Part shown: piece after piece, positions 30,101 to 41,900 of the stretch
Layout of the letters: each line of letters opens with the position of its first letter
Numbering within the stretch: the first letter of the stretch is position 1
Source of the DNA: Macrostomum lignano
Taxonomy: Eukaryota
Direction of reading: 5' to 3'
NCBI GenBank assembly: GCA_002269645.1
Contig: NIVC01002964.1
Coordinates: 18,528 to 82,527, forward strand
Length of the DNA stretch: 64,000 bases
Program-made: the position numbers and the translations under genes
Notes under the pieces: generated by a model
What the model saw: the letters and a program-made list of their open reading frames with translations, nothing else
Told to the model about the DNA's origin: nothing
Database searches by the model: none

Positions 30101-33100
30101 CTCACCCCTGACCCACACACTCCCAACCCACTCACCCATGACCCACTCACTCCCAACCCACTCACCCATGACCCACTCACCCCGACCCACTCACCCCTGA
30201 CCCACTCACCCCTAACCCACTCAGTCCTATCTCACTCAGTCCTAACTCACTCAGTCCTAACCCACTCACCCCTGACCCACTCACCCCTGACCCACTCACC
30301 CCTGACCCACTCACCCATAACCCACTCACCCATGACCCACACACTCCCAACCCACTCACCCATAACCCACTCACCCCTGACCCACACACTCACAACCCAC
30401 TCACCCATGACCCACTCACTCCCAACCCACTCACCCATGACCCACTCACTCCCAACCCACTCACCCATGACCCACACACTCCCAACCCACTCACCCATAA
30501 CCCACTCACCCATGACCCACACACTCCCAACCCACTCACCCATGACCCACTCACTCCCAACCCACTCACCCCTGACCCACTCACCCCTGACCCACTCACC
30601 CCTGACCCACTCACCCCTGACCCACTCACCCCTGACCCACTCACCCCAAACCCACTCACCCCTGACCCACACACTCCCAACCCACTCACCCCTGACCCAC
30701 ACACTTCCAACCCACTCACCCCTGACCCACTCACCCCTTACCCACTCACCCCTGACCCACTCACCCCTGACCCACTCACCCCTAACCCACTCACCCCTGA
30801 CCCACTCACCCCTGACCCACTCACCCCTGACCCACACACTCCCAACCCACTCACCCATGACCCACTCACTCCCAACCCACTCACCCCTGACCCACTCACC
30901 CATGACCCACTCACTCCCAACCCACTCACCCATGACCCACTCACTCCCAACCCACTCACCCCTGACCCACACACTCCCAACCCACTCACCCCTGACCCAC
31001 TCACCCCTGACCCACTCACCCCTGACCCACTCACCCCTGACCCACTCACCCCTGACCCACTCACCCCTTACCCACTCACCCCTGACCCACTCACCCATAA
31101 CCCACTCACCCATGACCCACTCACCCCTGACCCACTCACCCCTGACCCAATCACCCCTGACCCAATCACCCCTGACCCACTCACCCCTGACCCACTCACC
31201 CCTGACCCACACACTCCCAACCCACTCACCCCTGACCCACACACTCCCAACCCACTCACCCATGACCCACTCACTCCCAACCCACTCACCCCTGACCCAC
31301 TCACCCATGACCCACTCACTCCCAACCCACTCACCCATGACCCACTCACTCCCAACCCACTCACCCCTGACCCACACACTCCCAACCCACTCACCCCTGA
31401 CCCACTCACCCCTGACCCACTCACCCCTGACCCACTCACCCCTGACCCACTCACCCCTGACCCACTCACCCCTTACCCACTCACCCCTGACCCACTCACC
31501 CATAACCCACTCACCCATGACCCACTCACCCCTGACCCACTCACCCATAACCCACTCACCCATAACCCACTCACCCATGACCCACTCACTCCCAACCCAA
31601 TGGCACCGACCCGCAGAGCAGCGCTGGGGTCGGTGGAGGCCGCACTCAAGGTCGCGCAGGCCCGAGCCGATCGCCTCGCCGAGTTGGCGGCGGATTCGAC
31701 CGGTGACGCTCGCGGCCGCTGCGCCACGCTGGAGGAGGCCCGCCAGCTCAAGCAGTGCATCGCCGGCCTGGGCGAGATTTTGAGCTGCCTCCGCCGCAGG
31801 CAGCCAGCCGTCTTGAGTCACAGGGAGACCGGGCGGTGCTGCGGCCCGCGGCTGGCCGACTGTCCGCACAGCGGCCGAGACCGCCTGGCCGAGCTGCGGA
31901 GCCGCTACGAACGGAGCCTCCTGCTGACACCGGCTGACGTCAGGTGAGCTTGGGGCTCAGCCTCATCCTTGGCTCAGCCTCTCCTGTGCCTCATCCTTGA
32001 CTCAGCCTCTTCTGTGCCTCATCCTTGACTCAGCCTCTCCCGTGCCTCATCCTTGACTCAGCCTCTCCCGTGCCTCATCCTTGGCTCAGTCATTTTGTAG
32101 TGTAGACACAAGCCTATTCACTCGCAGATGCAATCGATGCAGCTCCAGCTCTGCATGTCAGGCCAGGCTCCTACTCTTAAAGCTTGTGTAACAGCCAAAG
32201 TTTCAGAGGTCAAGGCAACCAAACTGGCAATGAAAAATTGTCTTAGCTGGTATTGAAATCGCTCAGTTTAGCCTTCAAGACATTTGCGTTTCTTTCTAAA
32301 TAAATGCAGATGCGTCAGCTCTGTCCTTCCGTGTCAGATCCCGCGCTTTTTCTGTTGCTTCCTGGTTTCTGCGCCTCACCCCCCGTCAGTAAGCGTTGAA
32401 ACTGCTGGAGTCCCATAGGAGTCCCATAGGAGTCCCATAGGAGTCCCATAGGTGATTTATAGGAGTCCCATAGGAGTCCCATAGGAGTCCCATAGGAGTC
32501 CCATAGGTGATTCATAGGAGTCCCATAGGAGTCCCATAGGAGTCCCATAGGAGTCCCATAGGTGATTCATAGGAGTCCCATAGGAGTCCCATAGGAGTCC
32601 CATAGGAGTCCCATAGGTGATTCATAGGAGTCCCATAGGAGTCCCATAGGAGTCCCATAGGTGATTCATAGGAGTCCCATAGGAGTCCCATAGGAGTCCC
32701 ATAGGAGTCCCATAGGAGTCCCATAGGAGTCCCATAGGAGTCCCAAAGGAGTCCCATAGGTGATTCATAGGAGTCCCATAGGAGTCCCATAGGAGTCCCA
32801 TAGGTGATTCATAGGAGTCCCATAGGAGTCCCATAGGAGTCCCATAGGAGTCCCATAGGTGATTCATAGGAGTCCCATAGGAGTCCCATAGGAGTCCCAT
32901 AGGAGTCCCATAGGAGTCTCATAGGAGTCCCATAGGAGTCTCATAGGAGTCTCACAGGAATCCCACAGGAGTCCCATAGGAGTCCTATAGGAGTCCCATA
33001 GGAGTCTCATAGGAGTATCACAGGAATCCCACAGGAGTCCCATAGGAGTCCCATAGGAATCCCATAGGAGTCCCATAGGAGTTTCATAGGAGTCTCACAG

Positions 33101-33953
33101 GAATCCCACAGGAGTCCCATAGGAATCCCATAGGAGTCCCATAGGAGTTTCATAGGAGTCTCACAGGAATCCCACAGGAGTCCCATAGGAGTCTCATAGG
33201 AATCCCACAGAAGTCTCATAGGACTCCTAAAGGAGTCTCATAGGAGTCTCATAGGAGATTCATAGGTGTCTCATAGGAATCTCATAGGAGACTCATAGGA
33301 GACAGTGGGATGGCAGGTAGCAGAGTCCCACCGAAGAGAATGGGATGCTTCAGAAAGAACTTTTTGCTTCATGTAGCCAGCGTGTTGATTTTTCCCAGGG
33401 ATTCTCGGAGATTTGCTAGAGAAAATTTCACTGGCCTGAGGTTGTAAAGAGACGACCCGAGTCAGAACTCTGTTTCCCTATACAGATTTCCAGCTTGAGG
33501 TGTCCATGGATTTTGATGGTCTTTAGCAGTTGCTGACGGCCAACTGAATTTTAAAATAAGCGGGAAAAACTCGTGCAGACTGGAAGCTGACGATGATGGC
33601 GAGGCTCGGGGAGGGGCAGAGCTGCTCAGCGGTTAAGGCGTCCGACTCTCGGGCCACAGTAGCCCGGGTTCGATTCCACGTGTAGTTCAATTAATTTTGT
33701 GCGGAGTGTGTACAGCCTGGCGATGAGAAAGTCGGGACGCCTGTACAACCCGACTATGAGAAAGTCGGGATGGCTGTGTACAGCCTGGCGATGAGAAAGT
33801 CGCCTCCTCGCTGGCTGCTGCCAACCGAGCTGAACCGCCCCCTCCCCGCCTTCCAGCTGGCCGTTCGTCCACCTGATCGCCCCGGCCTGGCCGGCTCCAC
33901 CCAGCGCCGCGGAGGCCTGCCGCTCGTTGGCCAACGACTGCGGGAGCGCCTGA
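27114..33953 (+). CDS. Uncharacterised predicted type I membrane protein, ~371 aa (5-exon model)
   Basis: Exons 27114-27406 (weak donor ct|gtagcc), 28695-28804, 29342-29630, 31617-31943, 33857-33953; phases consistent, 1116 nt. Signal peptide, N-glycosylation sequons NSS/NGT/NTS, TM segment WYIILMWTVSVLLASLVILVAFVFV, then a basic stretch and a Pro/Glu-rich linker. Alternative: 27114-27410 is a separate 98-aa ORF and the rest starts at ATG 28729 or 28798. Confidence 0.5.
27419..28345. repeat. 21-bp minisatellite
   Basis: Unit actgggtcacgcctgtgtcag, ~44 copies. Confidence 0.95.
28965..29325. repeat. 15-bp intronic minisatellite
   Basis: Unit cagactggcacacag, ~24 copies. Confidence 0.92.
29655..31598. 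repeat. 15-bp C-rich intronic minisatellite
   Basis: Unit acccactcacccctg, ~130 copies, fills intron 29631-31616. Confidence 0.96.
31955..32090. repeat. ~28-bp short tandem repeat
   Basis: gcctcatccttgactcagcctctcccgt, about 4-5 copies. Confidence 0.8.
32406..33300. repeat. 11-bp minisatellite
   Basis: Unit gagtcccatag, ~80 copies, degenerating rightwards. Confidence 0.93.
33612..33800 (+). mobile_element. tRNA-derived SINE-like element
   Basis: Head gctcagcggttaaggcgtccgactc...cccgggttcgattcc followed by attaattt, as in the 49.4-kb SINE. Confidence 0.55.
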
Positions 33954-34845
33954 CGACCGAGGCACCTCGGCAACCTGGCCGTCCAGAAACTGAATTTTTT
34001 ACAGACTGAGAAGTTCATTGCCGAATTACACTCGATTAACGGCCTTGGTTGCCAAGGGCAAAGCTTGGTTGGGGGCGATTTCAGTTTTCTTCTTATGCAA
34101 TCACAGAGTCTCCAAAATGTGTTAATTCTTTGGTTGAATGTCGCAGGAAAATGTGGCATGAATTCCCCCGCAAGACTGAGCTGGTCAGATTTGTTGATAT
34201 TGCTGACTTCGAATGCAGCCGCTTTCCAAACCGCAGATAGAAAGAGTGAAAAATTAAAGAAAAGTGTTTGCGAAAAAACTTTGAATCTTCAAACTACTAC
34301 AAACTACGGAGTGGGCGCGCGGCGACAGTTGCCGAGCGGCAGTTGGCCAAAAACTCCCCGCTTTCGTTTAGAGCACTCGAAAATGAAGAGGCAGAGAATT
34401 TCTGCAAAACACTTCAACGTCGAGGAGTAGCGCGAGCGCACTTGAAGTTTTTCTCGAGTGACTCTCCGCTCGTGAAACCCGTGGCCTCGGGGAGTTCACT
34501 TGCGCTCCGGGTTTCAAACCGGTCCAAACCTGTTGCTGCTGCGGACTCGCCGCTGGCCACTCCCGAAGCGGCGCTGCCGCAACTTCAAGAGGATCTGCAT
34601 CGATGGCCCCGCAGCTCCTGAGTAGCGAAGTTGGGCTAACAGAGTTCAGGCTGTGCCCGACTCACACCGGGTTGCTAGGCTGCGCTGGGCAGGGGGATGT
34701 TGCCCAGCTCTTGAAGCTCCCCCCCCCCCCGCGATCCTCGGACCCAGCTTTGCCGGCAGGTGCAGACCGAAGGCAGCTGAGAGTGCCGCTTCACACCTGT
34801 GCATCGATAACGGAGGAGTCAGGGGCAGCCCGGACCCGCATTGTC

Positions 34846-34917
34846 TATAAATGATGCCGCTCCGAGACCCTCGGTAACAGTCAATTTGGAAGAAATCTGA
34901 AGCACCGGATACGCCAG
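34846..34917 (+). promoter_or_regulatory. TATA box and short non-coding first exon of gene A
   Basis: TATAAA at 34846-34851, Inr-like cagtcaatt near 34878-34886, strong donor cag|gtaagt at 34917/34918, acceptor tttcag at 35970 just before ATG 35978. Confidence 0.6.
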
Positions 34918-34934
34918 GTAAGTGAGCGGCCGCT

Positions 34935-35950
34935 AAATTCTGGTCAGGTAGCTGTAGGATTCTGTAGCGAAAGTCTGGTCAGGTAGGTGTGGGATTCTGT
35001 AGCGAAAGTCTGGTCAGGTAGGTGTGGGATTCTGTAGCGAAAGTCTGGTCAGGTAGGTGTGGGATTCTGTAGCGAAAGTCTGGTCAGGTAGGTGTGGGAT
35101 TCTGTAGCGAAAGTCTGGTCAGGTAGGTGTGGGATTCTGTAGCGAAAGTCTGGTCAGGTAGGTGTGGGATTCTGTAGCGAAAGTCTGGTCAGGTAGGTGT
35201 GGGATTCTGTAGCGAAAGTCTGGTCAGGTAGGTGTGGGATTCTGTAGCGAAAGTCTGGTCAGGTAGGTGTGGGATTCTGTAGCGAAAGTCTGGTCAGGTA
35301 GGTGTGGGATTCTGTAGCGAAAGTCTGGTCAGGTAGGTGTGGGATTCTGTAGCGAAAGTCTGGTCAGGTAGGTGTGGGATTCTGTAGCGAAAGTCTGGTC
35401 AGGTAGGTGTGGGATTCTGTAGCGAAAGTCTGGTCAGGTAGGTGTGGGATTCTGTAGCGAAAGTCTGGTCAGGTAGGTGTGGGATTCTGTAGCGAAAGTC
35501 TGGTCAGGTAGGTGTGGGATTCTGTAGCGAAAGTCTGGTCAGGTAGGTGTGGGATTCTGTAGCGAAAGTCTGGTCAGGTAGGTGTGGGATTCTGTAGCGA
35601 AAGTCTGGTCAGGTAGGTGTGGGATTCTGTAGCGAAAGTCTGGTCAGGTAGGTGTGGGATTCTGTAGCGAAAGTCTGGTCAGATAGGGGTGGGATTCTGT
35701 AGCGAAAGTCTGGTCAGGTAGCTGTAGGATTCTGTAGCGAAAGTCTGGTCATGTAGCTGTGGGATTCTGTAGCGAAAGTCTGGTCAGGTAGGTGTGGGAT
35801 TCTGTAGCGAAAGTCTGGTCAGGTAGGTGTGGGATTCTGTAGCGAAAGTCTGGTCAGGTAGGTGTGGGATTCTGTAGCGAAAGTCTGGTCAGGTAGGTGT
35901 GGGATTCTGTAGCGAAAGTCTGATCAGGTAGGTGTGGGATTCTGTAGCTA
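34935..35950. repeat. 35-bp minisatellite in the 5'UTR intron of gene A
   Basis: Unit aaagtctggtcaggtaggtgtgggattctgtagcg, ~29 copies. Confidence 0.95.
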
Positions 35951-35977
35951 AGTCTGCTCCTACATTTCAGACTCAAA

Positions 35978-38900
35978 ATGCGTCTGACGGTGCTGCTTCT
36001 GCTCTCCGTTGTGGTGCTTCTGGCTCTCAATAGCGATGTTAGCGACGCCCGAAGATCGAAGCCGTGAGTATACTCGTAGACCGAATTAGCTTTGCCAGTT
36101 ACACTACTTAAAGCAGGCTAGTGTCTCAACTTGCTTGGATCAAGTTTGCTCATGTCGGCTTTCGCGAATAAATTTTCAGTCGCTGGGCCAGACGATGTTT
36201 TCGAAAGCTCGGAAAGACGGTGAAGCGTCTGAAAAAGCTGGCAAAGATCAGGAAGATCCGCGCTAGGAGGGCCAAAAGGTCCTGGGCAAAGCGCATGGTC
36301 GCATGTGAGTGCAGTCCCTAATGTATCTGTGCAGTGCATTGTCTATGGAACAAACTGTAACAAGCGAATAATTCCCGGCTCGATGCTCGACTTTCAGCCA
36401 TCAAAAAGTGCGGTCGGAGGCGCTGCGGAAGGCGGCAGCGATGCGTCGTTCGGCTATCCAGGAGGAAGATTGGCCGAATCTCCCGCCGAATCGCCCGGTT
36501 ACGACGCCGCTACCGCAAGAAGAAGGCCAAGATCAATCGAAAGTTTCGAACTGCCATTCGCCGCAGCTCGAAACGAGTGAAAACGGCGGCCGGTCGCAAA
36601 GCGCTCTCCAGCAAAAAGTCCAAGGCCAGAAAGGTTGTCATCAAGAGGAAGAAAAAGCTTCGCAGGCGAACCAGAAAACGACTGGTATCCCTGAAGCGGA
36701 AATTGCGCCGGGCTCGACGAGGGTCGAAGAGGTGCGTGTCCAGGAGACGCCGCAGCTCGCGAAGGAGACGTGGTGAGTATTCACTTTGTCGGCTGTATGA
36801 AAATACGGTGCAGTGTATGCGGCCCTATTCATAAAAACATCGCTTCTACTTCCGATCCTACAGGCGTGCGGTGCGGCCGAAGACGCTGCAGCATTCGTCA
36901 GCGATGCGTCGCCCGACGATCCAGAAGACGAATCCGACGAATCCGCCGCCGAATCTCCAAGCTGGGACGATCGTATCGCAAGAAGCGGGCTAAAATTAGC
37001 CGCAAGTTGCGCGCCGCCATTCGCCGCAGCTCTCGACGCGTCAAATCGCTGGCCGCATGCCAAAGGCTCTCCAAGAAGCGATCCAAGATCAGAAGGGCAG
37101 CCAATAAGCGAGTAAAGAAAGTTCGCAGGCGTTTTAGAAAGCGACTGGTATCATTGAGACGCCGACTGAGAAGAGAACGAAGAGGATCAAGACGTTGCGT
37201 GTCTCGAAGGAGAAGTCGCGGTAAGCCATGGAATCTTTTTCGAGTAATAGACTAAAGTCACACACACACACACACACACATATATAAATATATATATATT
37301 TGCTCCTAAAGGTGTTCAATGTGGCCGAAGACGCTGCGGAAGACGTCAGCGATGCATTGCCCGACTATCGAGCAGAAGAATCCGCCGAATCCGAAACCTA
37401 TTCTCCAAGGTAAGACGATCCTATCGAAAGAGACAGGCCAAAATCAGCCGAAAATTCCGCGCCGCCATTCGCCGGTATTCGCGATCGGTAAAGTCAGCAG
37501 CAGCACGTCAAAAACAAGCCAAAAAGAGGGCTAAGGCCAGAAAAATTGTCCGCAAGCGAACTAGAAAGCTTCGAAATCAAACTAAAAGAAGACTGCGATC
37601 TCTGAAGCGCAAATTGAGTAGAGCTCGGCGACAATCAAGAAGGTGCGTTTCACGAAGACTAATTAGATCCAGAAAAAGACGCTCCTTGAAACGCCGTGCC
37701 AACCAAAGAAGACGCTCAGCGAGAAGACGTGCCAACCGAAAGAGACGTGGCAGCAAGAGACGATCGAGGAGAAGCCGAAGACGTGCCAACCGAAAGAGAC
37801 GTGGCAGCAAGAGACGATCGAGGAGAAGCCGAAGACGTGCCAACCGAAAGAGACGTGGCAGCAAGAGACGATCTAGGAGAAGCCGAAGACGTGCCAACCG
37901 AAAGAGACGTGGCAGCAAGAGACGATCTAGGAGAAGCCGAAGACGTGCCACCCGAAGAAGTCGAAGAGCGAGAAGACGCGCCAACCGAAAGAGACGTGGC
38001 AGCAAGAGACGATCTAGGAGAAGCCGAAGACGTGCCACCCGAAGAAGTCGAAGAGCGAGAAGACGCGCCAACCGAAAGAGACGTGGCAGCAAGAGACGAC
38101 CTAGAAGAAGAAGACGTGCGACCCGAAGAAGTCGAAGAGCGAGAAGACGCGCCAACCGAAAGAGACGTGGCAGTAGGAGACGATCTAGAAGAAGCAGAAA
38201 ACGTGCCACTCGAAGAAGTCGAAGAGCGAGAAGACGAGCCAACCGAAAGAGACGTGGCAGCAAGAGACGATCTAGGAGGAGCCGAAGACGTGCCACCCGA
38301 AGAAGTCGAAGAGCGAGAAGACGCGCCAACCGAAAGAGACGTGGCAGCAAGAGACGATCGAGGAGAAGCCGAAGACGTGCCACCCGAAGAAGTCGAAGAG
38401 CGAGAAGACGCGCCAACCGAAAGAGACGTGGCAGCAAGAGACGACCTAGAAGAAGAAGACGTGCGACCCGAAGAAGTCGAAGAGCGAGAAGACGCGTCAA
38501 CCGAAAGAGACGTGGCAGCAAGAGACGATCTAGAAGAAGCAGAAAACGTGCCACTCGAAGAAGTCGAAGAGCGAGAAGACGCGCCAACCGAAAGAGACGT
38601 GGCAGCAAGAGACGATCGAGGAGAAGCCGAAGACGTGCCACCCGAAGAAGTCGAAGAGCGAGAAGACGCGCCAACCGAAAGAGACGTGGCAGCAAGAGAC
38701 GATCGAGGAGAAGCCGAAGACGTGCCAACCGAAAGAGACGTGGCAGCAAGAGACGATCGAGGAGAAGCCGAAGACGTGCCACCCGAAGAAGTCGAAGAGC
38801 GAGAAGACGCGCCAACCGAAAGAGACGTGGCAGCAAGAGACGATCGAGGAGAAGCCGAAGACGTGCCACCCGAAGAAGTCGAAGAGCGAGAAGACGCGCC

Positions 38901-41900
38901 AACCGAAAGAGACGTGGCAGCAAGAGACGATCTAGGAGAAGCCGAAGACGTGCCACCCGAAGAAGTCGAAGAGCGAGAAGACGCGCCAACCGAAAGAGAC
39001 GTGGCAGCAAGAGACGACCTAGAAGAAGCCGAAGACGTGCCACCCGAAGAAGTCGAAGAGCGAGAAGACGCGCCAACCGAAAGAGACGTGGCAGCAAGAG
39101 ACGATCGAGGAGAAGTCGAAGACGTGCCACCCGAAGAAGTCGAAGAGCGAGAAGACGCGCCAACCGAAAGAGACGTGGCAGCAAGAGACGATCTAGGAGA
39201 AGCCGAAGACGTGCCACCCGAAGAAGTCGAAGAGCGAGAAGACGCGCCAACCGAAAGAGACGTGGCAGCAAGAGACGACCTAGAAGAAGCCGAAGACGTG
39301 CCACCCGAAGAAGTCGAAGAGCGAGAAGACGCGCCAACCGAAAGAGACGTGGCAGCAAGAGACGACCTAGAAGAAGCCGAAGACGTGCCACCCGAAGAAG
39401 TCGAAGAGCGAGAAGACGCGCCAACCGAAAGAGACGTGGCAGTAGGAGACGATCTAGAAGAAGCAGAAAACGTGCCACTCGAAGAAGTCGAAGAGCGAGA
39501 AGACGCGCCAACCGAAAGAGACGTGGCAGCAAGAGACGATCGAGGAGAAGCCGAAGACGTGCCACCCGAAGAAGTCGAAGAGCGAGAAGACGCGCCAACC
39601 GAAAGAGACGTGGCAGCAAGAGACGACCTAGAAGAAGCCGAAGACGTGCCACCCGAAGAAGTCGAAGAGCGAGAAGACGCGCCAACCGAAAGAGACGTGG
39701 CAGTAGGAGACGATCTAGAAGAAGCAGAAAACGTGCCACTCGAAGAAGTCGAAGAGCGAGAAGACGCGCCAACCGAAAGAGACGTGGCAGCAAGAGACGA
39801 TCTAGAAGACGCCGAAGACGTGCCACCCGAAGAAGTCGAAGAGCGAGAAGACGCGCCAACCGAAGGAGACGTGGCAGCAAGAGACGATCGAGGAGAAGCC
39901 GAAGACGTGCCACCCGAAGAAGTCGAAGAGCGAGAAGACGCGCCAACCGAAAGAGACGTGGCAGCAAGAGACGACCTAGAAGAAGAAGACGTGCGACCCG
40001 AAGAAGTCGAAGAGCGAGAAGACGCGCCAACCGAAAGAGACGTGGCAGTAGGAGACGATCTAGAAGAAGCAGAAAACGTGCCACTCGAAGAAGTCGAAGA
40101 GCGAGAAGACGCGCCAACCGAAAGAGACGTGGCAGCAAGAGACGATCGAGGAGAAGCCGAAGACGTGCCAACCGAAAGAGACGTGGCAGCAAGAGACGAT
40201 CTAGGAGAAGCCGAAGACGTGCCACCCGAAGAAGTCGAAGAGCGAGAAGACGCGCCAACCGAAAGAGACGTGGCAGCAAGAGACGATCTAGGAGAAGCCG
40301 AAGACGTGCCAACCGAAAGAGACGTGGCAGCAAGAGACGATCTAGGAGAAGCCGAAGACGTGCCACCCGAAGAAGTCGAAGAGCGAGAAGACGCGCCAAC
40401 CGAAAGAGACGTGGCAGCAAGAGACGATCGAGGAGAAGCCGAAGACGTGCCACCCGAAGAAGTCGAAGAGCGAGAAGACGCGCCAACCGAAAGAGACGTG
40501 GCAGCAAGAGACGACCTAGAAGAAGAAGACGTGCCAACCGAAGAAGACGCTCAGCGAGAAGACGTGCCAACCGAAGAAGACGCTCAGCGAGACGTGCCAA
40601 CAAAAGAAGACGCTCAATGAGAAGACGCGCCAATCGTAGAAAACCTGGCAGTTACAGACGATCTAGAAAAAGCAGAAGACGTGCCAACCGACGAAGGCGT
40701 AGAGTGAGAAGACGTGCCAACCGAAGGAGACGTGGCGGTAAGAGACGATCTAGAAGAAGCAGAAGGCGCGCCAACAGAAGAAGACGCTGGTTGAGAAGAC
40801 GTGCTGACAGAAGGCGAAAACGCATTTCCAGACATAAGAGACGGATTTCTAGGAGAAAAGGTAAATATTTAATTTGAATTCTGTTGTCTTTTACTTAGGA
40901 ACTTATTGGTGATCTCGTAAAAAACTTTTGCAGCACAAAGAAGGAAACGTAGATCCTTAACCAAATGTGGCAAATTCCGTTGCGGCCGAGGTACATCGTG
41001 CTTCCGTAGGTATCGCTATTCGTCTCGGGTTAGAGCAGCCGCCACCAGGGCTTTTAGAAGCCGATCAGCTAGCGCACTGAAGCAGTTCAAAGCCAAGAAG
41101 GCAAAGGCAAATGCAAAATTTAGTGCGTACTTGAGAAGGCGAGTTGCTTCCTACACAGGTAAGTTTCATTTACCTTTCATAAATTTATTTCCTTATTCAA
41201 TATTTACTTTAATTGAAAAAATCTCAACACTCATGCTTCCAACATGGAAATCGACATGCAAATTAAATTAAAACAGTATTTGATTTTTAGGTAGAAGCAA
41301 CAGACAGGCTTGTGAGCACTCTTCAATCTCTATCAGATGTCCCAAAGGATACAAAATTGACATTCTGTCCGGATTCTACGGCCGCACCAACAAGACTGTC
41401 TGCCGTAATAAGGCGATGAAGTCGACGCGCTGCTCAGCAGCATCGGCAACCCCGAGAGTGAAGAAGGCATGCCAGGGCAGGCGATCCTGCCGGGTCAGCA
41501 GCAGCAACTCCGTCTTTGGAGACCCCTGCGTTGGTACATACAAGTATCTGAAGATTTCCTACAGGTGCAAGACGTACAAACCCACCCGAAAGTTGCTGAA
41601 GGAGCGAGCTGTCAGACGGCGCCGTCACCTTGCAGTTCTGGCCCGTTTGGCTAAGCGATATGCTCAGCGACAGGCCCGAATCAAGAGAGCGTTCATCAGA
41701 TACCATTCAACAGTTGGTCGGTGTGCTTTCGCCAGAGCCAGTTCAGGTATCTCTCTTCATTTTAAATTAAACCAATTTTTTTCCGATTAGAGTTGCTGGA
41801 CTTGATGCATCAGTTATTTTCACCACATGAATATTTCAGCCATCTGCAAACGAATCAGCTGCGGAAGAAGACGCCGCTGTGTGCTAAGAAGAAAGCGCTT

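Noticed and set aside
29655-31598. Telomeric repeat
   Set aside because: The unit is 15 bp, not TTAGGG-like, and lies inside a phase-consistent intron.
26969-31869. ORFs 26969-28483, 29636-31783 and 30247-31869 (CQTGSRL, THSPL, GEWVR repeats)
   Set aside because: Stop-free frames of 21-bp and 15-bp tandem repeats lying in introns; no independent coding evidence.
37577-40633. 1018-aa Leu/Arg ORF on the minus strand (also 55556-56644)
   Set aside because: Antisense shadow of coding repeats; no plausible start or splice context.
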